From positions 64,001 through 128,000 of IMG/VR virus record IMGVR_UViG_3300045988_162176: a stretch of DNA of 64,000 nucleotides; one strand, given 5' to 3'. The translations under genes were made by a program, and so were the position numbers. Of this stretch, positions 34,618 through 43,256 are shown piece by piece; the first letter of the stretch is position 1, and each line of letters starts with the position of its first letter. This DNA comes from a virus. A model generated the notes under the pieces. It was not told the DNA's origin, did no database searches, and was given only the letters and a program-made list of their open reading frames with translations.

Positions 34618-34646
34618 AGATTACCATAGAGATTTACTTTTGTCAA
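34618..34646 (-). promoter_or_regulatory. Sigma70-type promoter
   Basis: TTGACA (34641-34646) - 17 nt - TAATCT (34618-34623). Confidence 0.5.
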
Positions 34647-34686
34647 GGGTTTATTCAGTTATTTTTTACTAATCCAATCAGTTAAA

Positions 34687-35406
34687 TTACTGGTAGCAGA
34701 AAGTAAGATGAATCTTATAATTCTTGCTTACCTCGTCAAACTTTTTAGCATCTTCAATCGTTTCAGTAAAAACACGAAGAATCATTTCACGAACATCTTC
34801 CCAATCAAGATTACCCTTGCCACACCCAATAAAAGGCATAGCAAGATAAGAAATCTCTTCATTAATACAATACTGAGCAAGGTCTTCAATACAATGTTCA
34901 AGATTAGTCATAGTAATTGGTTCATACTTTTTATTAGCAATCATAAGTAAAAATAAATTCCGAATCCAAATAGCTTCACCAGCACAACGCTCATCAAACT
35001 TATCAGGAATCTTATCAACAATATGATAATAATTGTCAAGTCTACGAGCAGTATCACTACCCAAAGAGAGGTCAGCGGGGATACCATAACAGATATTGTA
35101 ATAAGGAGGAAGGTCGAACATATCCTTATTTACTTCTTCATACTCAACAGGATTTTCATAACTGGTATCATCGACTTCATCATCTTCATCTGCAAATTCA
35201 AGCTCACCATCATGCACCACAAGAGGACAACCACAGTTAGGACAATGCATTACCTTGGGCTTCAAAACAGAAACATAACCAGAAGTAGAAACAATCTTAC
35301 CATCTTCATCAGTAGAAGCAACTGCGGTAGTAAAATAATCCTTATCCTGAGTAGAAGTTACCTTTGGCTCATCGAACTTGTAATTGCGACTAAAAATATT
35401 AGCCAT
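34687..35406 (-). CDS. Zinc-ribbon + macro-like domain protein
   Basis: CPNCGC in the N-terminal half. The C-terminal YLAMPFIGCGKGNLDWEDV resembles a macro-domain C-terminus. Confidence 0.5.
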   Translation of the reverse strand: MANIFSRNYKFDEPKVTSTQDKDYFTTAVASTDEDGKIVSTSGYVSVLKPKVMHCPNCGCPLVVHDGELEFADEDDEVDDTSYENPVEYEEVNKDMFDLPPYYNICYGIPADLSLGSDTARRLDNYYHIVDKIPDKFDERCAGEAIWIRNLFLLMIANKKYEPITMTNLEHCIEDLAQYCINEEISYLAMPFIGCGKGNLDWEDVREMILRVFTETIEDAKKFDEVSKNYKIHLTFCYQ

Positions 35407-35426
35407 TTTAAATACTCCTTTTATAA

Positions 35427-35663
35427 TTAATTAATTTTTTCACTAAGTATTCTATCTAATTCTTTTGGACACGCATCAGTCCAATTTGTAATTTGATGAC
35501 CGTCATAAGAACAAACAAAAATCTTTTTCTTCTTTCTGACTTTCAATCCTTCCTCATTATATTCCCAATCAACTGTTCCATCCATATATGGAAAATAAGG
35601 ACAATTAGGAGTACAACCTTTACATTCAATCTTAGCCATCAAATTATCCTTTCTTAAAAACAA
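35427..35663 (-). CDS. Small Cys-rich protein
   Basis: ORF track. Confidence 0.55.
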   Translation of the reverse strand: MFLRKDNLMAKIECKGCTPNCPYFPYMDGTVDWEYNEEGLKVRKKKKIFVCSYDGHQITNWTDACPKELDRILSEKIN

Positions 35664-37426
35664 CCCATAGTTTCTCGTACAATAGCTTTCTTAAAATCCT
35701 GTTCCCTTTTCTTTAAGACATCGTTATCTGGAAGAAGATAACAATCCGTATTTCTGGTAGTTACTGTCTTAGAAGGTTCCTTAACAAGATAGAGACCTTC
35801 TTTTGCACGAGTAGTTGCAATATAACTTAAATTCTTTTCCTGAATATTTTGTTCTTTACTGTTCCTAAAATCGTAATTAATTTTAGCTTCATTTAAAACA
35901 AAAACATTCGTAGCTTCAAGACCTTTAGCTTTATGGATGCTACAAAGTCTAACACAATTAGGAGAAGGAGTAGTATTTAACAGTTTATCAATAAAATTAG
36001 AGAATTTAGAAACACTATCAGAAGAGGCATGATTTTCAAGATATCCTTCCAAAATCTCCAACAAAAAGCTCGTATTATCTATCTTAGAATTTGTCTCCGC
36101 TACGGCTTCCAAACGCTCCTCCTCGTGTCCCCCCTCACGGACATTTTTTGAAACGATTTCAAAGAGTTTTTTATTATAATTACTTATTACTTTCTGGAGG
36201 AATTTTTCGAGTGTGCCAACCGAGGTGCATTTGGATGATAAAATCTGTCTTTTAATTGCTCCTACCATATCTTTATCTTCAATAAAAATAGGAGTTCCAT
36301 TTCGAGCTAAATCAAGCACTACCTCGGCAATCCATTTATTCTTTCTTGAAATTACCATGTCTCCTGCTTTAGCATACTCTGAAATTTTATTTTTGTCAAT
36401 AGTTTTAACAAATCCCATTGGAGCATCATCACGAGGAAGAATGGGAATCCCATATTCTCTATTTACTCTACTAAGATGAGATTTAGCACAACGATAACAA
36501 ACAGGTAAATCAAAAGTTTCTACAGGAGCAAACATTTTAGGAATTTGATTAAAAGCTTGAGCATTAGCCCCAGCAAAATTATAGATGGCCTGATGAAAAT
36601 CTCCAATAAAAACATATCTACCTTTGGCTCTTTTAATAAACTTTAAAAAATTTAATTGAATATTAGAAAAATCTTGAACTTCATCACAATAAATATTAGT
36701 ATACAAAGCCCAATAAGGAACTTCCCAATTATCATATTTCAGTTTATTAAAAGTAATCCAAAGCATATCAGTAAAATCAATTATACCTTGAGTTTCAAAC
36801 TGCTGTCTACTTTTAGTATCAAGAATTTTCAAAGTAGAAGTAATTTCACTGATATCAGGTGCAGAATAACCTTCATCCCCATAATATAAAAATAATACAT
36901 GGTCATCAATTAAACGAGACACATCCTTGTTTGAAGACATATCTGTAAGAGTTAATCTACACAAATTATAAAGATTTACATAATTATCTTTTAAGAAAAC
37001 TCGTTTGGCAAATTCAATATATCTACCATAACGCTTTGTAATTTCCTCATCAAGAATCTTATGTGGTTTAAAATTATCCAAATTTACAGTTCTCTTAGAA
37101 CGCTGAGAACCAAAACCTTTTGGTTTTTCTCCTGAATCCTTAGATTCTTGTTCTACATTATAAAGCATAATAGAATATGCTAAAGAATGCATCGTCATAA
37201 CCTTAGTTTTGGGATTCTTAATCTTCTTCTTAAACTCTTCAACTACACTTGCATTAAATGCAATATATAAATCAGAAGTCTTTGAATGCTCAGAAAGCAT
37301 ACAGGCAGTTGTTGACTTACCACTTCCAGCCAAAGCATTTACAAGCATATTACTTTGAGGATTATTAAGAAAAAAATCTAAAATATCTTGCTGATATGTG
37401 CTTGGCTTAAAGCCCATTATAATCAA
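35654..37426 (-). CDS. UvrD/Rep/PcrA-family SF1 DNA helicase
   Basis: Walker A ALAGSGKSTT, motif II YCDEVQDF, C-terminal IHKAKGLE and ATTRAKEGLYLV. Confidence 0.8.
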   Translation of the reverse strand: MIIMGFKPSTYQQDILDFFLNNPQSNMLVNALAGSGKSTTACMLSEHSKTSDLYIAFNASVVEEFKKKIKNPKTKVMTMHSLAYSIMLYNVEQESKDSGEKPKGFGSQRSKRTVNLDNFKPHKILDEEITKRYGRYIEFAKRVFLKDNYVNLYNLCRLTLTDMSSNKDVSRLIDDHVLFLYYGDEGYSAPDISEITSTLKILDTKSRQQFETQGIIDFTDMLWITFNKLKYDNWEVPYWALYTNIYCDEVQDFSNIQLNFLKFIKRAKGRYVFIGDFHQAIYNFAGANAQAFNQIPKMFAPVETFDLPVCYRCAKSHLSRVNREYGIPILPRDDAPMGFVKTIDKNKISEYAKAGDMVISRKNKWIAEVVLDLARNGTPIFIEDKDMVGAIKRQILSSKCTSVGTLEKFLQKVISNYNKKLFEIVSKNVREGGHEEERLEAVAETNSKIDNTSFLLEILEGYLENHASSDSVSKFSNFIDKLLNTTPSPNCVRLCSIHKAKGLEATNVFVLNEAKINYDFRNSKEQNIQEKNLSYIATTRAKEGLYLVKEPSKTVTTRNTDCYLLPDNDVLKKREQDFKKAIVRETMGCF

Positions 37427-38541
37427 CTCCTAACCATTTCATAACATTCATGTAATACTCTTGCAGTCTCAATTACATCTTCAACTGTATTCTGAGTTTC
37501 ATTCATAGAAATTCTAATTTCTCCACGAATATAATCTTCTGGAATCTTCATAGCTTCTAACACAGCAGATGCTTTCATATCTCCTGTATTACACGCACTT
37601 CCTGTCCCTACATAAATTTCCTTTTCATCTAACATAGATTGAAGAATTTCTCCCTCTACATTGTGGAAGCAAACACACACTGTAGAATTAATACTATTTG
37701 CAGGAGAAACAATCATATAATCATTTGGTTCAAATAATTTACCAAGCTCTTCAAGGAAAGCTCTCTTCATTTTCTTACAAGCTAAATCTTTTTCCTTTTG
37801 ATGTGCAACAGCTTTATCAACAGTTAAAGCTAAAGCATGAATATAAGGAATATTTTCAGTACCAGCTCTACGATTACTTTCTTGGTCTCCACCATAAATT
37901 AAAGGCTTAATCTTCTCAACAGGAAAAGTGTCTTTTGAAAAATAAATAAAGCCAACACCTTTAGGAGAATGCACCTTATGTCCACTAAAAGTAGCAATGT
38001 CAGCCATGGGTCTAATATCAATAGGAACATTACCTAAAGCCTGTGTCATATCACAATGATAATACATATTAAGTCTATGAGCTAAATCCATATGTTCACG
38101 AGGATTAAAAATTTCTCCTGTCTCATTATTTACATACATCCAAGACAAAAGAAATCCACTATAATCTCCCCACAGAAAACCCAACTCTTCACTTTTCTCT
38201 GTAACTTTAACAGCATCAATAAGATAATTCTTATCAATAATTATTGACTTGGGATTTTCTGTGATATTATGATGCTCATAAGGACTACATAAACATTTGC
38301 TTTTTTGAGCTAAAGCCCACGCATTACCTTCGCTACTACCAGAAGTAAAATAAATTTCTTCTGGAAAAGCACCTATAACATGTGCAATTTTTGCACGACT
38401 TTCCTCAATTAAATTTTTACTCTTGCGCCCTAAACCATAGGTCGTGCTTGCATTACCCCAATATTCAGCTAAATCATCTTTAATAATATCAATGATTTCA
38501 GGCGATACAAAAGTTGTAGCCGCATGGTCTAAATAAATCAT
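37423..38541 (-). CDS. Class V aminotransferase / cysteine desulfurase (NifS/IscS-like)
   Basis: PLP-lysine motif FSGHKVHSPKGVG and active-site region GTGSACNTG. Confidence 0.75.
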   Translation of the reverse strand: MIYLDHAATTFVSPEIIDIIKDDLAEYWGNASTTYGLGRKSKNLIEESRAKIAHVIGAFPEEIYFTSGSSEGNAWALAQKSKCLCSPYEHHNITENPKSIIIDKNYLIDAVKVTEKSEELGFLWGDYSGFLLSWMYVNNETGEIFNPREHMDLAHRLNMYYHCDMTQALGNVPIDIRPMADIATFSGHKVHSPKGVGFIYFSKDTFPVEKIKPLIYGGDQESNRRAGTENIPYIHALALTVDKAVAHQKEKDLACKKMKRAFLEELGKLFEPNDYMIVSPANSINSTVCVCFHNVEGEILQSMLDEKEIYVGTGSACNTGDMKASAVLEAMKIPEDYIRGEIRISMNETQNTVEDVIETARVLHECYEMVRS

Positions 38542-38735
38542 TTATCTACCTCATATTTAATAAAAGCTGTATATCTTTCCCTGCCCAACACTTCATCATA
38601 TCTTGTAGTAAATTGAATATCTATAATATTCTTTTTAGAACTACTAAGCCACATATTTAAACGAGATTCAAAAATTAATGAATCATATGTTAAAATTTTA
38701 ACTCTTTTTTTACTCATATTAATCCCACAAATCAA
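38538..38735 (-). CDS. Hypothetical protein
   Basis: ORF track. Confidence 0.5.
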   Translation of the reverse strand: MICGINMSKKRVKILTYDSLIFESRLNMWLSSSKKNIIDIQFTTRYDEVLGRERYTAFIKYEVDK

Positions 38736-39315
38736 AGAAAATTGGCTTCATCATATCTAAAGCTTTTTCAATTTCAGATTGCCTATACTTGTCAATTTCA
38801 GCATCTTCTTGATAGTACTGTTCTTTTTCTTCTTCGGGAATCTTATTTGCCCATCCATCATACTTTTCAAGGACGGAGTTTTTCTTAGGACAAGTCTCTT
38901 CAGTAGAATTACGAATATGAGTTGCAATTTCTTTCAAGTAATCTTCCCATGCCTTACATTGAGCCTCTTCTGCGATTTTATATTCTTCGTCAGAATTAAA
39001 CTTTTCTCTTGTAAGCTCTCTCCAATCACGATATTCTCGTTTACCCGTTTGACGAGTTTTATCAAAATCAATCATTGGGTAGCCAACGTGAGTCTTAGCT
39101 AATTCTTCTAACATTTCAGGAATTACCTGTTGAAACCAACCATCAAAATTCCAAATATCCCTATTACACCAACTCTTAAAAGCTCTATCTTTTCTCTGCT
39201 TGTGTACAGGATAAAGGTCTTTTAAATTTTTTGGATGCAAAAAAGGTAATCCTTTATAAGATTTATTTAAATAACTTAAATTAAGCCAACTATAATTCTT
39301 TTTACTCATCATCAT
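38719..39315 (-). CDS. Hypothetical protein
   Basis: ORF track. Confidence 0.6.
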   Translation of the reverse strand: MMMSKKNYSWLNLSYLNKSYKGLPFLHPKNLKDLYPVHKQRKDRAFKSWCNRDIWNFDGWFQQVIPEMLEELAKTHVGYPMIDFDKTRQTGKREYRDWRELTREKFNSDEEYKIAEEAQCKAWEDYLKEIATHIRNSTEETCPKKNSVLEKYDGWANKIPEEEKEQYYQEDAEIDKYRQSEIEKALDMMKPIFFDLWD

Positions 39316-39565
39316 TCACCTTATAGAATTCACAAAAATCCGAGTAACTACCATAATCTACATTATAAACTCCTTCTGGAGTAACATGACAATTATAATA
39401 ATAACTCTTAAACCCTTTGTTGTCAATATATTTTTTAATAAGCTTAAAACATTCTGGATATTGAGCATTAAGAATAATATCAGTTCCCTTTTCTTCTACA
39501 CGACCAAGAGGAATAACAACCTTATTACCCTTTTCATAATGGTAAGCATTAACTTGACAAATCAT
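39302..39565 (-). CDS. Hypothetical protein
   Basis: ORF track. Confidence 0.55.
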   Translation of the reverse strand: MICQVNAYHYEKGNKVVIPLGRVEEKGTDIILNAQYPECFKLIKKYIDNKGFKSYYYNCHVTPEGVYNVDYGSYSDFCEFYKVNDDE

Positions 39566-39834
39566 TTTACATACACCTCAAATTCTCCATCTAAACATTT
39601 TCCGTTTAACCCATACACGAATCTAAACTCTTCATTGGTTAATTCAATAGATTCTACAAATTCAACAATTTTCTTTTTTTGATTCTTAAAAGGATTAATA
39701 GTCCTAACAACATTAACTTTCACAAGACATTCTTGGTCATAACAATCATTTGCTAAATCATGAACCCATACTGTATGACCATCCATGTTTTGTAAAGCAA
39801 TGAAACTTAATTTTCTCTTCATAATATGCTCCAT
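39562..39834 (-). CDS. Hypothetical protein
   Basis: ORF track. Confidence 0.55.
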   Translation of the reverse strand: MEHIMKRKLSFIALQNMDGHTVWVHDLANDCYDQECLVKVNVVRTINPFKNQKKKIVEFVESIELTNEEFRFVYGLNGKCLDGEFEVYVK

Positions 39835-39899
39835 ATTAAAAATATGATTCTACCTATGAATAAGTATATCATAAGTAGAACCATATTGTCAATACTTTT

Positions 39900-40451
39900 T
39901 TAAATTATTTTTTGAACAAATTCAAGGTAATCATGCGCCCATTGCTTAAGATTATCTAAATCAGAACTGTTGCTTATAACAGTGTCATAATGAAATTGTC
40001 CAACATCTCTATCAGCAGGATTGGAAATAATTGGTCTTACATTTGCATTAACTACAAGTATTGTAGCACAAGGTAATCCAGTAGCTTTTTTATTTTGCTC
40101 AATAAAAGTTTTAATATTTTCAGGTTCACGAATGTTTACAAAAAATAACCAATTTTTTTTATCCAACATCTTATTATCAATAACAGTATTAATTTGGTCA
40201 AATACTTTTTGATTAGGAGAATTGTTCCATTTTTGCAAAGCCATTTTTAAATCGTAAAGAAATTCTCTGTCCTTTTCTTCTTTACGACCATTCCATCCCG
40301 CAAATTGAGCTACAGCTTTTACCCAATCAACCGTAGATAATTCTAAAACATCCCAATCAGGGACATCTTCTAAAATTTCTTGACAAAGTTTTACAAAAGT
40401 AGACTTTCCACTTCCACCAGAACCATTAATTATAATTATTCTTGAGTCCAT
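39900..40451 (-). CDS. P-loop nucleoside/nucleotide kinase-like protein
   Basis: Walker A IINGSGGSGKST at the N-terminus; size fits (d)NMP/dN kinases. Confidence 0.55.
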   Translation of the reverse strand: MDSRIIIINGSGGSGKSTFVKLCQEILEDVPDWDVLELSTVDWVKAVAQFAGWNGRKEEKDREFLYDLKMALQKWNNSPNQKVFDQINTVIDNKMLDKKNWLFFVNIREPENIKTFIEQNKKATGLPCATILVVNANVRPIISNPADRDVGQFHYDTVISNSSDLDNLKQWAHDYLEFVQKII

Positions 40452-41212
40452 AATTTATCCCTTAATTCTTCACGAGTAGGATATCTACCACAACACTTGT
40501 CACCCTCTGGACACCAAAGAAGATACTGACAATGAGGAACAAGTTCTTTAGCAAATACAGGATTAATCCCTGCAATTTGTCTCTTCATTTCAACAGCAAT
40601 CTTGCGGATGGGCTCTTGAGCGCGAGAGCATAAACGCTTGTGCATAAATGTAATCAAAGCTTCGGGAGTAAAGCCAATCGCTAAAGTAGTATTAGTAGCT
40701 CTGGGCAAAACAAAGTTTGCATCTTCTACTGCGGAATGAACATCAATGCCATTTTCAGTAAGAATATCACGAATAAGTCTACGAGTAGTATCAATATTAC
40801 TCATAAGATTTTGATACAAAGCCTTTGCCTTTTCATTATTCTCAATATTCTTAGGAATAATATAAGTAAAATTATTCTTATCAATATATCTGAATGAAGC
40901 AAGATTCTTAACAATCTCATCAGGACTTACACGAGGAATTGCTTCAATCAAATCCATATAAGCATACTTATCCTGATTGTCATAACGCACTCCAATTTCA
41001 GAACGCATCATTTGTTCCAAAGTACCTCTATCAGCTTCAATTTCAAACTTAATATATTCACAACGAGAACCGCTCATGTGACCTGAATTTTCACAATTTT
41101 TACCTACTCGTTCAGCATACTTCTTATCTGTGCCATAACATTCACAAGCAAATTCGCCATGGTTTTTGTATAAATCCTCTAATACAGTAGGATTCAAAAG
41201 GGTTACTTTCAT
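40436..41212 (-). CDS. thyX: FAD-dependent thymidylate synthase ThyX-like (divergent)
   Basis: GHMSGSRCEYIKFEIE...RGTLEQMMR and FMHKRLCSRAQEPIRKIA resemble ThyX blocks; sits among nucleotide-metabolism genes. Confidence 0.5.
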   Translation of the reverse strand: MKVTLLNPTVLEDLYKNHGEFACECYGTDKKYAERVGKNCENSGHMSGSRCEYIKFEIEADRGTLEQMMRSEIGVRYDNQDKYAYMDLIEAIPRVSPDEIVKNLASFRYIDKNNFTYIIPKNIENNEKAKALYQNLMSNIDTTRRLIRDILTENGIDVHSAVEDANFVLPRATNTTLAIGFTPEALITFMHKRLCSRAQEPIRKIAVEMKRQIAGINPVFAKELVPHCQYLLWCPEGDKCCGRYPTREELRDKLWTQE

Positions 41213-41831
41213 TACGCCTTTATTTCTCCCTTCTTATATTTCATCAAAAGATATTCAAAAGTTTGTGGAGTATAATTCATATAAGGCATCATACATCCAA
41301 CATTAATCATCTGTGCTCTATTTAAATATTCATTCCCATTGGAATTTTCTAATTTTTCTTTTGCCATTTTAGCAAAATCTTCTACTAAATCTTGTTCTTT
41401 GGTTATATGAGTATGCCCATGTAAATGGAAACAATTATCATAGCAAGACCCATAATAAGAAAGAATTGCAAAATGAGAAAGAATTACCCTATAAGGTTTA
41501 CCATCAACCGTCTCAGTTACTTCTTTGTAATGACAAATTTCAGCTAATTTTTTCTTGACTCCTGTAGAATATTGTTTACAGTCATGATTGCCTTGAATTA
41601 AATGAATATTGCCATGTAATTTATTTAAAATACGAATCCACTCATCTGACCCTGCTTTCCACAGAAAATCTCCAAGTACATATACATGGTCTGCATTTGA
41701 AACTTGTTTATTCCAACGGGAGATTAAATCAAGCTCCATTTCTTCTGTCGTATCATATGGGCGGTGGTCAAAATTAATGATGTTCGTTAAGTATGTCCAA
41801 AGTGTAAATCACTTATATAAAAATTGGACAT
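41212..41831 (-). pseudogene. Calcineurin-like metallophosphoesterase with interrupted frame
   Basis: MSNFYISDLHFGH (DxH motif) ends at TAA 41787-41789. The rest (LTNIINFDHRPY...GDF...GNHD...GHTH) continues in the -1 frame. Confidence 0.55.
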
Positions 41832-42119
41832 TTAAACATCACTCTCCCTTCCGTTTAAACACTCCAAACTATGACCAATAGAAGATTCTTGAAACCATCT
41901 TGTATCAACAACAGAAGGGTCTCCCAAAAACTCTACATAATTTTCTGTGACTTTAGTAATTACGCCAGCTAAAACATAGTCTTTATGAACAGGATTATAA
42001 CTAAGAATTGTCCAGTTTAACAAATTAGTCTGAGCATCTTCAATATTATCTTCTTTTCTATTAAATTTATATTTTAACCATTTAGTAGATTCTAAAGGTT
42101 GCCTCTTTGGAAGATTCAT
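41832..42119 (-). CDS. Hypothetical protein
   Basis: ORF track. Confidence 0.55.
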   Translation of the reverse strand: MNLPKRQPLESTKWLKYKFNRKEDNIEDAQTNLLNWTILSYNPVHKDYVLAGVITKVTENYVEFLGDPSVVDTRWFQESSIGHSLECLNGRESDV

Positions 42120-42385
42120 TTCTTTTCCTCTTCTTTCCAGAAAGGATAATTGTCTCTCTTATTACAAGACTTTTCATACTTGCAAGAAAGTTCACATCCA
42201 TAAACCATATAATGATTATTACAATGTTTACAAACAACTTGCCCATAAGGGTTGCTTAATTCTTCAAGCATTAATACAGCTTTCTTGCCATCTATCCCAT
42301 CAACACATTTTCTTTCATGTAAATAGCATTCATCTAAAGACTAAAATTCTTTGCCACACTTTTCACAACAATATTTAATTGTCAT
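42116..42385 (-). CDS. Cys-rich zinc-finger protein (TAG at 42341-42343)
   Basis: Hand translation MTIKYCCEKCGKEF*SLDECYLHERKC...; ATGA overlaps at both ends. Confidence 0.5.
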
Positions 42386-42819
42386 TTTCCATAAACCTCT
42401 TTCTTTTTATTTTCATAAAATTTATTCAATCCTACGAGGTCAGGAGCATTTGGACAAGTCTTTTCTCCCATAAATGTAGTAATCATATTAATAATTCTCT
42501 TATTTCTATGATTAAGAGGAGGAATAGAAGTGTCCTTAAAAGCAGAACAAATAAAACGAGAACAAATTTCAGGTCGTACTTCATAAATTTGGCACTTATT
42601 TTCCTTGTTCAAAAAAGGACAAATATCTTTAAAATCTTTATCTAAAGCAGTATTACGATTAATCATTTTTACTTCTGGATGCTGACCAAGATACTTTTTA
42701 ATCTTCTTTACTTCTGCATCACTTACACAAAGAATTGCAGAACAACAAGCTCCACATCCAGAACATTTACCATCAATAGTATGGTCTACTTTGTTAGCCA
42801 TCTGACTATTCATTCCCAA
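42382..42819 (-). CDS. YkgJ/UPF0153-type CxxCxxCC metal-cluster protein
   Basis: DGKCSGCGACCSA motif. Confidence 0.6.
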   Translation of the reverse strand: MGMNSQMANKVDHTIDGKCSGCGACCSAILCVSDAEVKKIKKYLGQHPEVKMINRNTALDKDFKDICPFLNKENKCQIYEVRPEICSRFICSAFKDTSIPPLNHRNKRIINMITTFMGEKTCPNAPDLVGLNKFYENKKKEVYGK

Positions 42820-43256
42820 ATTCCTCCATCAAGTTCTTCTCTTACGCGCATAAGAATCTTTCCCAACTTATTTTCTCCAACACCATTACAAACTCCCCAT
42901 GTAGTATCATGCCACCAATTTCCCTCTTCAAGATAAGCGTCACCAGTATCAAGAAGAAGTTTGGCGAGATTTTTGTTCTGAGTAAACTTTGCACTAACAA
43001 TTTCATACATTGTTTGCTCTTTAATATCTTCCCAATCTTTACGCAACTTACAATTCCTACCAGCAAGTTTTGCTTGAGCTGGATTCATGGAAATATATTT
43101 TTTACGGTCTTCATCTCTAATTTCTTTTTGTGCTTGAAACGCTGCTTCTGAATTTTGATAGGTTAAACCATTATAACTTACAGGTGCATTATAAAAATTA
43201 GAGAGAAAAGCATAAGCATCAAAAAAATCTTTAATTGCTTCCATATTATTTTCCAA
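42810..43256 (-). CDS. NADAR (DUF1768) domain protein
   Basis: FLSNFYNAPVSYNGLTYQNSEAAFQAQK and the C-terminal WGVCNGVGENKLGKILM are typical of the NADAR family. Confidence 0.75.
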   Translation of the reverse strand: MENNMEAIKDFFDAYAFLSNFYNAPVSYNGLTYQNSEAAFQAQKEIRDEDRKKYISMNPAQAKLAGRNCKLRKDWEDIKEQTMYEIVSAKFTQNKNLAKLLLDTGDAYLEEGNWWHDTTWGVCNGVGENKLGKILMRVREELDGGIWE

